Source: Methylobacter sp. (lineage in GTDB: Bacteria; Pseudomonadota; Gammaproteobacteria; Methylococcales; Methylomonadaceae). Taken from it: a DNA stretch of 64,000 bases. Every line of letters starts with the position of its first letter. Position 1 is the first letter of the stretch. Made by a program: the position numbers and the translations under genes. Shown here piece after piece: positions 38,229-48,306 of this stretch. The stretch spans positions 8,819-72,818 of the forward strand of contig JAURZV010000047.1 of the NCBI GenBank assembly GCA_030653175.1. The letters run 5' to 3'. The notes below the pieces were generated by a model, which saw nothing but the letters and a program-made list of their open reading frames with translations, was not told the DNA's origin and did not search any database.

Positions 38229-40115
38229 CTAAAGCTCGATACGGATACCCAACTCAATGACGCGCTCAACGGGAATTTTGAAAAATTCTATCGCGCTTGA
38301 GGCATTGTGGAATAAAAACCTGAATAAGGGTCTGCGCCATTTAGGCATAGGGCTTTTTTTCCGAAAAGAGACCCTTTCACTACCGATAAAAAACGATGTC
38401 TGCTTGAAATCGATGTTTAAGCCTTCCTGAGCGCACTGCTCCAAGGCTTGTCTCACATCAGGATTTTGCATAAAACCATAATAAAGTTTAACCCGATAAA
38501 AATTGTTATCCTTGCCGAATGCCCGGATTTTGATCCGGTGCGCGACATCAACGTATGGCTCATCTTTAGTGACAATAGTTAACACCATGATTTGTTCATG
38601 CAATACATGGTTATGTTCGAAGTTGTGTAAAAACACCTGCGGCACACCATGTAGGCTTTTAGCCAGATAAATGGCCGAACCTTTAACGGTTACTGCCTGA
38701 TGATTCATTATTTTATCTTCCAAGTCCTCAAACAGCACACGCCTCTGATCGATATATTCCGCCAACAAGGCACGACCTTTAATCCAGGTGGTCATCATCA
38801 AGAACAGCACAGCTCCGATGATCAAAGGTAACCAGCCTCCGGTCGGTATTTTTAAGCTGTTGGAAGAAAGAAACAAAAAATCTACCGTTAGAAAAGCTGT
38901 CAAAAAAGTAACGCTAGCCGATTTTTTCCATTGCCAAATTCCTTGGATGACGATAAACGCCAAAAGAGTATCGACAATCATAGTCCCGGTAACGGCAATT
39001 CCATAAGCGGAAGCAAGTGCCGAAGAAGACTCGAAACTCAATACCACTACAAATACCGAGACCATCAATAACCAATTGACCGCAGGAATATACACTTGCC
39101 CTACTTCTTGACCCGAAGTATGTGAAATATTCATGCGTGGACAGTAGCCAAGCTGTATGGCTTGTCTTGTGACCGAAAATGCACCGGATATTACCGCTTG
39201 GGAGGCAATAACCGAGGCCAGTGTCGACAAAATTAACAGCGGATACATCGCCCATGTCGGCGCCATTAAATAAAATGGATTTTTCACCGCCTCAGGATGC
39301 TCAAGCAGCAATGCTCCCTGTCCGAAATAGTTGAGCAATAAGGCAGGAAAAACAAAGCTGAACCAGGCATAACGGATGGGTTTCAAACCGAAATGCCCCA
39401 TATCGGCATATAGCGCCTCAGCACCGGTTATGACCAAAACCACTGCACCCATAATCAAAAAACCCTGCCAGCCTAATTCAACCAATAAATGAATCGCGTA
39501 ATAAGGGTTAACTGCGGCCAATACGGCGGGAGCGTTGATAATATTATTTACGCCAAGAATGCCCAAAATAACAAACCAAAGGCACATGATAGGCGAAAAC
39601 ATTTTTCCGACCGCTCCCGTACCTTTAGCCTGCACAATAAAAAGAGCGGCAAGTACCGTAATAGCAACCGGTAATACATAATGGCTTAAAGAAGGCGCAA
39701 TTATTTGCAAGCCTTCGACCGCGCTTAATACTGATATTGCGGGGGTAATAATACTGTCACCGTAAAACAAAGCGGCGCCGAGCAAACCAATGGTAATAAT
39801 AAAGTGTATTTTTTGTGGATTACCTTTAGCACTTTGCAATGCTAAAGCCATTAGCGCCATGATACCGCCTTCGCCTTTATTATTAGCACGCATAATAAAG
39901 ATTGCGTATTTGGTTGTTACAACCAGAGTCAATGCCCAAAAAATCAGCGATAGTACGCCTAGCACATGGACCTTATCAATCGGCAAATGACTACCGAAGA
40001 CTTCCTTAACCGCATATAAGGGGCTGGTGCCAATATCACCGAATACCACACCGATTGCGCTTAGCGCCAAAACGGTTACTTGTTGTTTGGAATGGCTCTG
40101 CGAATTTGACGACAT
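38229..40115 (-). CDS. kup: Potassium transporter Kup
   Basis: 628 aa with GVVFGDIGTSPLY and GGEGGIMAL motifs and a cytoplasmic C-terminal domain. Confidence 0.95.
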   Translation of the reverse strand: MSSNSQSHSKQQVTVLALSAIGVVFGDIGTSPLYAVKEVFGSHLPIDKVHVLGVLSLIFWALTLVVTTKYAIFIMRANNKGEGGIMALMALALQSAKGNPQKIHFIITIGLLGAALFYGDSIITPAISVLSAVEGLQIIAPSLSHYVLPVAITVLAALFIVQAKGTGAVGKMFSPIMCLWFVILGILGVNNIINAPAVLAAVNPYYAIHLLVELGWQGFLIMGAVVLVITGAEALYADMGHFGLKPIRYAWFSFVFPALLLNYFGQGALLLEHPEAVKNPFYLMAPTWAMYPLLILSTLASVIASQAVISGAFSVTRQAIQLGYCPRMNISHTSGQEVGQVYIPAVNWLLMVSVFVVVLSFESSSALASAYGIAVTGTMIVDTLLAFIVIQGIWQWKKSASVTFLTAFLTVDFLFLSSNSLKIPTGGWLPLIIGAVLFLMMTTWIKGRALLAEYIDQRRVLFEDLEDKIMNHQAVTVKGSAIYLAKSLHGVPQVFLHNFEHNHVLHEQIMVLTIVTKDEPYVDVAHRIKIRAFGKDNNFYRVKLYYGFMQNPDVRQALEQCAQEGLNIDFKQTSFFIGSERVSFRKKSPMPKWRRPLFRFLFHNASSAIEFFKIPVERVIELGIRIEL

Positions 40116-40184
40116 AGTAAATATTGAATTGGATTAAGAAATCAGCAAGGAGCCAACGGGGTGCCATTCTGTTTTAAAGTAGCG

Positions 40185-41492
40185 TCATACCCAGTGCAAT
40201 ACTTCGAATTGCAGATACCAGAAACCAAAAGAACCGAGGAAATTGGCCAGTACTGCGGGTAGAAAACGTAAGTGAGTGGCGAAAGTATAGCTTTTATCGA
40301 TGGACATAACCATGACCCCCGCCGATGAACCAACCACGGTCAAGCTGCCGCCGATGCCTACCATCATGGCGTTCAGCATCCATTGATCAACGCCTAAGTT
40401 GGGATTCGCCATAATCGCCGCCGCTTCGAGCAAGTTATTGTCAATACAGCTGGATACCATGCCTAAAATAAAGTTTACCCACGTCGGCTCCAGCGTTTCG
40501 TACAGCTGGCGCACATAAGACAGCCAGCCGACATGATTGAGGGCCGCCATGCCGGTGATGATGCCGATGTAGTACATTAATGTTGCCCATTCAACCTTTT
40601 GTAGCTGAACGTCCAGGTTAATCTCAATACCACACCATTTTGTCTTTAACACCCAAATATACATCACCACCAAACCCAAACCGCTACCCAGTGCGAACTC
40701 AATATCGACATGCAACACCATGTTCAATACCACGGCTCCGATAATAGCGAAGGCGCAAACGAATGCAAGACTAAGCCCGCCGGGTTTGATACCTTCTGCC
40801 GCCGTGTTGGGTTTAAGCAATGTGTCGGTGTCGAGTTTTTTCAGGTAAAACAGATCCAGCACCAGGGCGCTTAGAAACCAGCCGAAAATCGCTGCCGGAA
40901 ATAACATCAGCAAGTCGGTCATGGCGACCTTGTCAGCCAAAATCACCATCAGACTGGTCGAAGTGCCGATAAACCAAACGCCGCTGTTAGACGAGATAAT
41001 GGTATTGCACAAGACCAAGTGGGTATAGCGCGGATTTGCTGAAACATTGCTGATGGATTTACCGAAAATCATGGTGGTAGTCAAGCTGCTGATAAAGGGA
41101 CTCAACAACGCGCACAATAAGCCCATCACCCAGAACAAACCTCTCGCTCCCAAGCCCCGATTCATTAACGCTTGATTCATAGCAGCGAAGACGTTGCGCT
41201 CGTTGAGAATCTCAACAATCATCCACATAAACGCCATAAAAGCGATCAACCCAAATAACGATTCTTTAGTCGCCGCCTGCATCGCAATCAAGGGCTTGAA
41301 TCGCTCAGGATCGTCGCCGCTGAACCAATAATAAATACCGATAATAGCTACCGAGGACATCATCATCAAAGCGGGCTTGAACTTGTCCATCGCCAACTGG
41401 ACCTCGAAGATAATCATCGCCAAGCCGATAACAAATACGCTCAGCACGATAAGTCCAACTGGCGAAAAAGGAACAATAGAGATAGGAGGCAT
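40185..41492 (-). CDS. NhaD/ArsB-superfamily antiporter, paralogue of the 2379..3740 gene
   Basis: 435-aa polytopic protein. Its C-terminal region GSLTVVGSSAGVMVMSIDKSYTFATHLRF aligns with GSMLSVGSAAGVALMGQSDHKYTFFSHLKW of the first NhaD. Confidence 0.7.
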   Translation of the reverse strand: MPPISIVPFSPVGLIVLSVFVIGLAMIIFEVQLAMDKFKPALMMMSSVAIIGIYYWFSGDDPERFKPLIAMQAATKESLFGLIAFMAFMWMIVEILNERNVFAAMNQALMNRGLGARGLFWVMGLLCALLSPFISSLTTTMIFGKSISNVSANPRYTHLVLCNTIISSNSGVWFIGTSTSLMVILADKVAMTDLLMLFPAAIFGWFLSALVLDLFYLKKLDTDTLLKPNTAAEGIKPGGLSLAFVCAFAIIGAVVLNMVLHVDIEFALGSGLGLVVMYIWVLKTKWCGIEINLDVQLQKVEWATLMYYIGIITGMAALNHVGWLSYVRQLYETLEPTWVNFILGMVSSCIDNNLLEAAAIMANPNLGVDQWMLNAMMVGIGGSLTVVGSSAGVMVMSIDKSYTFATHLRFLPAVLANFLGSFGFWYLQFEVLHWV

Positions 41493-41648
41493 AGGGGTTT
41501 TCGAATAAAAGGTTTAAAAGCGAGTATCTTAATATACACTTAGTCTATGGGATTGATATTGCCGTCCCCATGCACATCAATTAAAACTAAACTGAAAGCC
41601 TTCTTTAATCAATGAGTGAACTGTATACAGAGTGTATATAAACTGTTA

Positions 41649-41700
41649 ATAAACCACGAAGAAACATACGAATGCTTCCGTATGTTTCTTCGTGGTTTAT
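41649..41700. repeat. CACGAAG-family hairpin, copy B; likely exbD terminator
   Basis: ATAAACCACGAAGAAACATACG (41649-41670) is the perfect reverse complement of 41679-41700, 13 nt downstream of the exbD stop. Confidence 0.8.
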
Positions 41701-41712
41701 GTTGGAAGTGTA

Positions 41713-42123
41713 TTACTGTTTTTCAGTTACGAACGCTATTTTAGCGATCCCGGAGTGTTGCACGGTTGCCATGACTTCGGCGACTTTTGCATAAACGACA
41801 TCTTGATCGGCGTATAAATGCAAGCCGATTTCAGGGTTTTTTAGAAGCTCAGCCTTCAGCGCTGTTTCCAATGCTGCAAGATCCGCGAGTGGCAGCTTAT
41901 TCAGTGTTATGCCTCCCTGCGCATCGATACCGAGCTGTAACGGTTGTTCTTTAATATCCGCTGTAGTCTCGGCGGTTTTAGGTAAAGTAACATGCACGGA
42001 TTGCGTGAGTAACGGCGCGGTCACCAATAAAATAATCACCAGCACTAACATTACATCGACTAGCGGAGTGACATTAATGTCGCTCATTGCTCCTTCGTCT
42101 TCCGATTGCGGTTTAAAAGCCAT
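41713..42123 (-). CDS. exbD: Biopolymer transport protein ExbD/TolR
   Basis: 136 aa, INVTPLVDVMLVLVIILLV.. plus a periplasmic domain, downstream of exbB. Confidence 0.9.
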   Translation of the reverse strand: MAFKPQSEDEGAMSDINVTPLVDVMLVLVIILLVTAPLLTQSVHVTLPKTAETTADIKEQPLQLGIDAQGGITLNKLPLADLAALETALKAELLKNPEIGLHLYADQDVVYAKVAEVMATVQHSGIAKIAFVTEKQ

Positions 42124-42125
42124 GC

Positions 42126-42791
42126 CTATTCCTTACCGTTGACGTTCGCACTTGAGGCGATATGCATAAAACTGACGACAAAATTTTCCAAACCGGCACG
42201 TTGCTGTTTGACTCGGCGCAAGAAAAAGTTATAGGCCAGTACCGCCGGTACGGCGACCGCGATACCGATTGCAGTGGCGACCAATGCGTCGCCGATGGGA
42301 CCGGCCACCACATTAAGACTGGTCGAGCCGCTTGCAGTGATCTCATGCATCGCGTGCATGATGCCCAACACTGTTCCGAACAAGCCGACGAACGGCGCAG
42401 TGCTGCCGATACTGGCAAGCATTGTCAGGCCGCTTTCCATTGCATGTTGCTCTTGCTGCATTTGAACAAGCAGGGAGTGTTCGAGTAATTCAGACGGAAC
42501 GCCGCGATATTTAAGACTCTTGCCCTCAGACTGCTGACTTTCGTTCATCCATGCAAAACCTTGCTGCGCAATCCGCGCTTGCGGCCCTCTGGCTATCTCT
42601 GCCGGTAAAGTTTTTGCCTGCTCCAGATTGGCCGCATCCCAAAACGCCTTGTTAAAGGCCCGATTATAAAAACTATTCTTGGTGAACTGCCAGATCTTGA
42701 AAAGAATCAATGTCCAGGTGACCACTGAGAAAGCCAGCAACGTGTATAAGGTACCGTCGATAATAACTTCTGGCGCAATATGATAGGGCAT
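42126..42791 (-). CDS. exbB: MotA/TolQ/ExbB proton-channel protein
   Basis: 221 aa with three TM helices and the GSTAPFVGLFGTVLGIM motif. Confidence 0.9.
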   Translation of the reverse strand: MPYHIAPEVIIDGTLYTLLAFSVVTWTLILFKIWQFTKNSFYNRAFNKAFWDAANLEQAKTLPAEIARGPQARIAQQGFAWMNESQQSEGKSLKYRGVPSELLEHSLLVQMQQEQHAMESGLTMLASIGSTAPFVGLFGTVLGIMHAMHEITASGSTSLNVVAGPIGDALVATAIGIAVAVPAVLAYNFFLRRVKQQRAGLENFVVSFMHIASSANVNGKE

Positions 42792-42926
42792 TAAGATCTC
42801 CTTTTTTAGTTATTCAAATAAAATTAATGGGTGCAATTATCGAACTGATCGCTTTTTTTAAAGTTCGTGACCACCTGCTTACTTTGTCCTAACAAGGTCA
42901 ATGTAATCCGGTAAAACGCAAACCGA

Positions 42927-43745
42927 TTATCGTGTTAATTTAAATTGCAGCGTCTGAACAGCGCGCTGCTCAACCGCTACACCGTTAACTATTTTTTCTT
43001 TGAAGGTCCATTGATTAATCGCTTTCAACGCAGCCTCGTCAAAGATTTCGGCGGGTTCCGCCTCAACAACTACGGCATTTTCAACTGTACCGCTCGTGGT
43101 AATAGTAAATTCGATTTTAACCCAGCCCTCAATATGACGATTAGCAGCCCGCGCAGGGTACTTGGGAGGAATACGTTCCAATGGAATGACACCGGTACTG
43201 ATTCTCGGTTCACTGCTGACTACAGCAGGAGCAGGCCGACTAACGGATTGTGGCGCTGAAACTGAAGGTGTCGGCGCGGAATTGGAAGGCGCGGGCTTTT
43301 CTTCAGCAATAGTCTGCGGTTTTGGTAGCTCCGCCTGCTTAGGAATAACCGGCATTTTTTTCTTGACCGGCTGTTTGACAGGTTGTTTTTTCGGCGGTTC
43401 AGGTTTTGGCAGCACTGGTTTTGGTGGCGCCGGCGGTGTAATTTCGGCTTTTTGACTCGGCGTAGAAACCAGCGAGACCTCCATGACCATCAGCGATGGC
43501 GTTTTGGGTTTCTCCGTTGGTTTTAAAAGCCAAAGCCCCGCCCATATATGCAACAGCAACACTAAAGTCAACAGTAATCCACCCATAAAACGTGGGTGTT
43601 CTTCGCCGGTTAAGGTTGCAAATAATGATGGTTTTTTTTGCACTAACGGACTCGTCTCGTCACCCGAAGGCTCTAAATTCCGGTCGGCCAGGCCGCCTTC
43701 ATGGCTGTTAAATAAAAACATAGGGGATATTACCTTTTTCAACAT
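42927..43745 (-). CDS. tonB: Energy transducer TonB
   Basis: TM anchor, a Pro-rich spacer (PPAPPKPVLPKPEPPKKQPVKQPVKK) and a C-terminal TonB domain (YPARAANRHIEGWV). Confidence 0.9.
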   Translation of the reverse strand: MLKKVISPMFLFNSHEGGLADRNLEPSGDETSPLVQKKPSLFATLTGEEHPRFMGGLLLTLVLLLHIWAGLWLLKPTEKPKTPSLMVMEVSLVSTPSQKAEITPPAPPKPVLPKPEPPKKQPVKQPVKKKMPVIPKQAELPKPQTIAEEKPAPSNSAPTPSVSAPQSVSRPAPAVVSSEPRISTGVIPLERIPPKYPARAANRHIEGWVKIEFTITTSGTVENAVVVEAEPAEIFDEAALKAINQWTFKEKIVNGVAVEQRAVQTLQFKLTR

Positions 43746-43842
43746 CGATTGTGCATTTGTTATGTTCAGATTCCGGACAAGGAAGCCTTAGCTGTATTTT
43801 ACTCCGCACGGTCACGGCAGTAATTGCGGAAAATGAAAAACT

Positions 43843-44499
43843 TTAAATAGATTGAGGTTGTTTCAGCAATTTAACCCTTGCAAACTGCCAAACCATTGGC
43901 ATGAACGACACAAAAATAATACCCAAAACGATTTTCTCGAAATTGTGTTTGACCCATTCATTCGAGCCGAGAAAATATCCGGTTAAGGTTATGCTCGTAA
44001 CCCATAAGGTTGCGCCGATGATGCAAAAAATAATGTATTTTGAGTATTTCATGCTGCCCGCACCCGCTACGAAGGGGGCAATGGTGCGAATGATCGGGAC
44101 AAAACGGGCCATAATAACGGCTTTGCCTCCATGTTCTTCGTAGAATGCTTCGGTTTGGGTAATGTATTCCCGCTTAAAAAATAAAATCTGTTCCCGTGAT
44201 TTAACGAACTTACTAAAATGCTTGCCGACGAAATGATTGACATTGTCGCCCAGCAAAGCCGCGCTAATCAGCAACGGAATGATGATTTGAATATCCAGTT
44301 TCCCTGTCGATGACGCCAATAGACCCACCGCAAACAGCAACGAATCGCCTGGCAGCAGCGGCATGACGATTAAGCCGGTTTCAACAAAAATTATCGCCGC
44401 CAAAATCACATAAGTAAGCATCTCGTAATGCGCCAGAAAATCTTGCAGCGTCGTCAGAGGATCTTTGAGTAAGTGCAATAAAAAGTAAATAATTTCCAT
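43843..44499 (-). CDS. DedA/VTT-domain membrane protein
   Basis: LPGDSLLFAVGLL..FVPIIRTIAPFVAG are DedA signatures. The start at MEIIYF is preceded by AAGGA. Confidence 0.85.
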   Translation of the reverse strand: MEIIYFLLHLLKDPLTTLQDFLAHYEMLTYVILAAIIFVETGLIVMPLLPGDSLLFAVGLLASSTGKLDIQIIIPLLISAALLGDNVNHFVGKHFSKFVKSREQILFFKREYITQTEAFYEEHGGKAVIMARFVPIIRTIAPFVAGAGSMKYSKYIIFCIIGATLWVTSITLTGYFLGSNEWVKHNFEKIVLGIIFVSFMPMVWQFARVKLLKQPQSI

Positions 44500-44591
44500 A
44501 AACCGGGTCCTTATATCGTTAAAATGAGCAAGCATAAAGTACGCTTCATGCCTAGTCGACTATTTATTATCAATCAGTTTTAAACCGTGTT

Positions 44592-45968
44592 TTACGGCCT
44601 TCCGAATTGGTTACACAAAGTTATCAATACCAGTAGCAACAAAATGCCGATCAGCGACTGTCTTAATATGACCGTCCATACCGTGTCAGTCGTCGGCAAA
44701 GGTTTCATTACGGGCAGCTGCCCATAATCCGACGGCGACATGCCTTGCTTGCCCATGATTCCAGGGACAAAAAACGCCCGCCACCGGTCTTCAAATTGAT
44801 TGGCCGTTTGAATGTATTCGGCATAGCGGGGGGCATCGATACCCGCCAAACGGTCAGCCGTCAATACGGCGGCAAGTCCGGGCGAAAGAGCGGACCAACG
44901 TTCCATAAACTCAAAATGAGTCTTCCTGACTTCATCGAAGCGATACATCAGCGGCCGTACCTTGCTATCAAGCTCCAGGTTCGCGGGCAGACCGGCAACC
45001 TCGCGGGGCGGCTCTTTCAAGGACTTGATGTCAGGATGCGCCTGATACCAGGCTGACAGCAATTCGGCCTGCTGCTTAGAAGTTTGCGCCTGAACACGGC
45101 GAATATCGACAATTGCCTCAAGCCGGGAAGGCATGGATTGTATGCCGTTCGCCGCCCAGCTCAAACCCGCCGGTACCGCAAACGTCGTGACCAACCACAC
45201 GCCTAACAAGCCCACCGCCGCTGCACCCGACGAAACAGGCAACAACAAAAACAACCCTGAAATCGCAATCCACACCCCGGCAAACACGCCGGCAAAAACC
45301 AGCCAATGCGTTGCCGCGTAAAGGGTGGAACCGGAGTCCAGCATAAACGCAAGCAGCGATGCCGCGACGGCAGGCATCAGCACCATAACCAGACGCACGG
45401 CGAGCGCGGCAAATACCAACAGCCAGGGGCGGGGCATTTGCGCGCAAACCAAACGCCACACGCCCCGCTCCCGATCTTCCTGCACCAAGCCGTAAGTGAC
45501 GGCTATCACGGTCAACGGCAACAATAACGCGAGTATGCTTGCAAAATCGAGCAAGCCCAGTTCGCGCAGCAACGGATTGAACAACTGATCGCTGTTGCGG
45601 CCATCGGTATAGCGGCTGCGGGTTGATATGCGCAGTTCGGAACCGAGCAGATCCATTTGCCGCACGCTCAATGCCAAACCGCCGAGCGCCGGAAGACACG
45701 CGGTTGTACTATCAGCCGGCTTGGATGCGTAGTGGCCTTTGCCGATACCGGGTGCATCGTGCATTTCTGTGGGCGCGAATTTATTCGCGTCTATAGCAGC
45801 AGCGCGAATAAATTCGCGCCCACCAAATGCTTTGGCACGAAACTCACTGGCGGCAAGTCCCGACCATATCGCGCTAGCCGCCAACAGAGTAAAGAACGCG
45901 GCAATGACCCACAGATTGACCTGGTTGCGGATGAACCGCAGCCACTCGGCTTGCAACAAACTCATCAT
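44592..45968 (-). CDS. ABC-2-type permease with DUF3526-like domain (second of two)
   Basis: 458 aa with one N-terminal TM helix, a large extracytoplasmic loop, a cluster of TM helices and a C-terminal soluble part. Its start overlaps the upstream permease stop (ATGA). Confidence 0.6.
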   Translation of the reverse strand: MMSLLQAEWLRFIRNQVNLWVIAAFFTLLAASAIWSGLAASEFRAKAFGGREFIRAAAIDANKFAPTEMHDAPGIGKGHYASKPADSTTACLPALGGLALSVRQMDLLGSELRISTRSRYTDGRNSDQLFNPLLRELGLLDFASILALLLPLTVIAVTYGLVQEDRERGVWRLVCAQMPRPWLLVFAALAVRLVMVLMPAVAASLLAFMLDSGSTLYAATHWLVFAGVFAGVWIAISGLFLLLPVSSGAAAVGLLGVWLVTTFAVPAGLSWAANGIQSMPSRLEAIVDIRRVQAQTSKQQAELLSAWYQAHPDIKSLKEPPREVAGLPANLELDSKVRPLMYRFDEVRKTHFEFMERWSALSPGLAAVLTADRLAGIDAPRYAEYIQTANQFEDRWRAFFVPGIMGKQGMSPSDYGQLPVMKPLPTTDTVWTVILRQSLIGILLLLVLITLCNQFGRP

Positions 45969-47377
45969 GGCTTAAGCCTCTTCGCAGAAAACAGCAGCCA
46001 TATCAGCGCGGCGACCAGCCAAGCCAGCAAGACCAGCAGGTCGGCCGGCGCATGATGCAGCGCAAAGCTCACCGAGGGCGGCGTATAACTGAATGCCTTG
46101 ACGCCACCCCAGTCGGAATCATGGCCCAGAGCGCCGCGCTCCGTGCCGTGGCTGCGTTCACGATCCCAATCATCGGTCAGGCCGATAAAGTAATGACGAT
46201 ACTTCTCGGCCGCATCCTCAAAATGTCGCTGATGCGCCAAATCCATGCCTGATAATGTCATGGACACCGAACGCATAGCGATGCTTGGGCCGAGCAGCGA
46301 AGCGATATGAATAAACCGGCTCTGGCGTTCGAACGCATCGCTCAGTCTATCGAAATGCAGGGCGTGGACCCGTTCGGAATAACTGTCATTAAAACTGCGC
46401 TTGAGTGCGGCATACCCCACCGGCAAGTCTTCAACCTGTGCCACGCCGTACTGCTTTAACATTTGATTCTTGAATAAGGCCTCTCGGGCCTGATGATCGC
46501 CATCGTTATCCAAGCCTTGCTGAATGTCTTTTTTAATACCCGCCCAAAACGCCGTAGCTGAGGGTATCGGCACCATCATCTCTGCGGCTGCCGCGCCCAA
46601 TCGCGGCGCAATCAATACGCTACTTGTCCAGAATGCCACTAGGGTAAACAAAGCCAGACGGCTGCTTTTAAAATGGATCGAGGTAGACATTGCCAAGGCC
46701 GCGAATACCGCATAATACATAAAAAAAGTACCGCTCAATGCAGACAGCCTGAGTATATCGTCACCGGCGAGGTCGAAATTTTGATACAGAATAATGATCG
46801 CAACCGCCATTGCCGGCAACAACACCACCATAAAAGCCAGCAACAGACCGATAAACTTGCCCAATAGCAGTCTGGTCGCAGATACCCCCAAACTGTGCAG
46901 CATGCGCAAGGTGCCTAGCTCCCGTTCCTGGGTTACCGCGTTGAAGGCCAGCGCAATGACCAGCAGCGGAAGCAGTGCGTATAACACAAAACCGGCGCTG
47001 GCCTGCCCGAAGCGACCGGCTAAGCCCTGATCGGCCGCCGGACTGAAACGCGCGCCGTTGCGTTTGTGCGGTTCAAGCCAGAGCGTCTGCCCCGTATATT
47101 GTCTCAATCCGGGCTCTACCGATGCCAGTGGCGAATCCGGCTTGAATACATAAATGCCGAAATGCGCCGCCGCATGCGGGTTCTTGACGCCTTGCGTATC
47201 CCATTGTTCTTTGGCGGTTGCGCCAACGGTCTGTTTTTCCAGCTGCATTTGCTGATGTTCGGCGACGGAAGCCAGAAAAAATCCGATCAACACGGCGAAG
47301 ACCGAAAAGGCCAACACCAGCAGCCTTCCGTCCCGCAGCACTGCCAGCAATTCCTTGTGGATAATCGCAATAATCAA
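45965..47377 (-). CDS. ABC-2-type permease with DUF3526-like domain (first of two)
   Basis: 470 aa with the same architecture (MIIAIIHKELLAVLRDGR..QERELGTLRMLHSLGV). It overlaps the ATPase stop by ATGA. Confidence 0.6.
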   Translation of the reverse strand: MIIAIIHKELLAVLRDGRLLVLAFSVFAVLIGFFLASVAEHQQMQLEKQTVGATAKEQWDTQGVKNPHAAAHFGIYVFKPDSPLASVEPGLRQYTGQTLWLEPHKRNGARFSPAADQGLAGRFGQASAGFVLYALLPLLVIALAFNAVTQERELGTLRMLHSLGVSATRLLLGKFIGLLLAFMVVLLPAMAVAIIILYQNFDLAGDDILRLSALSGTFFMYYAVFAALAMSTSIHFKSSRLALFTLVAFWTSSVLIAPRLGAAAAEMMVPIPSATAFWAGIKKDIQQGLDNDGDHQAREALFKNQMLKQYGVAQVEDLPVGYAALKRSFNDSYSERVHALHFDRLSDAFERQSRFIHIASLLGPSIAMRSVSMTLSGMDLAHQRHFEDAAEKYRHYFIGLTDDWDRERSHGTERGALGHDSDWGGVKAFSYTPPSVSFALHHAPADLLVLLAWLVAALIWLLFSAKRLKP

Positions 47378-48099
47378 AGCAGGCCCCGTGCATGCGCCAG
47401 ATATTTGTGCTCCAGCTCATCATGCGCCACGGTGTGCGCATCGAACTCTTCAACCAGACGGCCCGCTTTCATGATGCCGATACGATCTGCGACCTGTTTG
47501 GCATTAAACAGATCATGAGTCGCCATCAGCACCGCCATGCCCAAATCGGCTGCCGCCCGTATCCGCCGGGCAAAATCATTGGCCGCACTGGGATCAAGCC
47601 CGGAGGTTGGTTCATCGAGCAGCATGACTTTCGCCTGTTTTGCCGAAGCGATAGCCAAACCGACTTTCTGGCGCATGCCCTTCGAATAAGTCGAAACACG
47701 CCGATCATGGGCATCGGTTTGCAAGCCTGTATTCATCAGCAAATCGTGCGCATGCTGGCGGGATATGCGGATATTGGCCAACGTACAGAAAAAGCTCAGG
47801 TTTTCCAGGCCGCTCATGTATTCATAGAGCGCAACATTTTCCGGTAAGTACGCCAGCTTGGCGCGAACCACGGTGGGGTTTTGGTCGGGCGATTCGCCAT
47901 CAATAAAGACATTGCCGCCAGTCGGCCGATTGAAACCCAAAAAGGTGTTGATGGTCGAGGTTTTCCCCGCGCCATTGCCTCCCAACAAAGCATAAACGCA
48001 ACCTGCCGGAACCGATAAATCGAGCCCATCAATCGCACGATGGTTTTTATAATTGACCACCAGTTGTCTGGCTTCAAGCAGGGTTTTATTTGGGAACAT
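47374..48099 (-). CDS. ABC transporter ATP-binding protein
   Basis: Walker A GGNGAGKTS, signature YSKGMRQKV and Walker B VMLLDEPTSGLD. Confidence 0.92.
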   Translation of the reverse strand: MFPNKTLLEARQLVVNYKNHRAIDGLDLSVPAGCVYALLGGNGAGKTSTINTFLGFNRPTGGNVFIDGESPDQNPTVVRAKLAYLPENVALYEYMSGLENLSFFCTLANIRISRQHAHDLLMNTGLQTDAHDRRVSTYSKGMRQKVGLAIASAKQAKVMLLDEPTSGLDPSAANDFARRIRAAADLGMAVLMATHDLFNAKQVADRIGIMKAGRLVEEFDAHTVAHDELEHKYLAHARGLL

Positions 48100-48172
48100 A
48101 ATTAATTTTTAAATGATTCGGCTTAAGGTGATTCCCGAGAAAGAACAGCCCATCAAGAATCTGATCCGTAGA

Positions 48173-48246
48173 AAAAAACACGGTCCACGAAAGACACGAA
48201 AAGCACGAAAAATCCCATAACACGATACTTTCCATTTTTTTCGTGT
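48173..48246. repeat. CACGAAG-family palindromic element, copy C
   Basis: GTCCACGAAAGACACGAAAA (48173-48192) is the perfect reverse complement of 48227-48246. It lies between the BNR gene stop and the ABC ATPase start. Confidence 0.85.
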
Positions 48247-48306
48247 CTTTCGTGGACAATTCTTTTGGTGGATTGGGCTGCATGTTGTTTAGCCCGTCCC
48301 ACGACC

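Noticed and set aside
44745-47518. Numerous ORFs inside or antisense to the two DUF3526 permease genes and the ABC ATPase gene (for example 45118..45699 -, 45657..46055 +, 47066..47518 +)
   Set aside because: They are off-frame products of GC-rich coding DNA. The three chosen frames are linked by ATGA overlaps and have coherent membrane or ATPase features.
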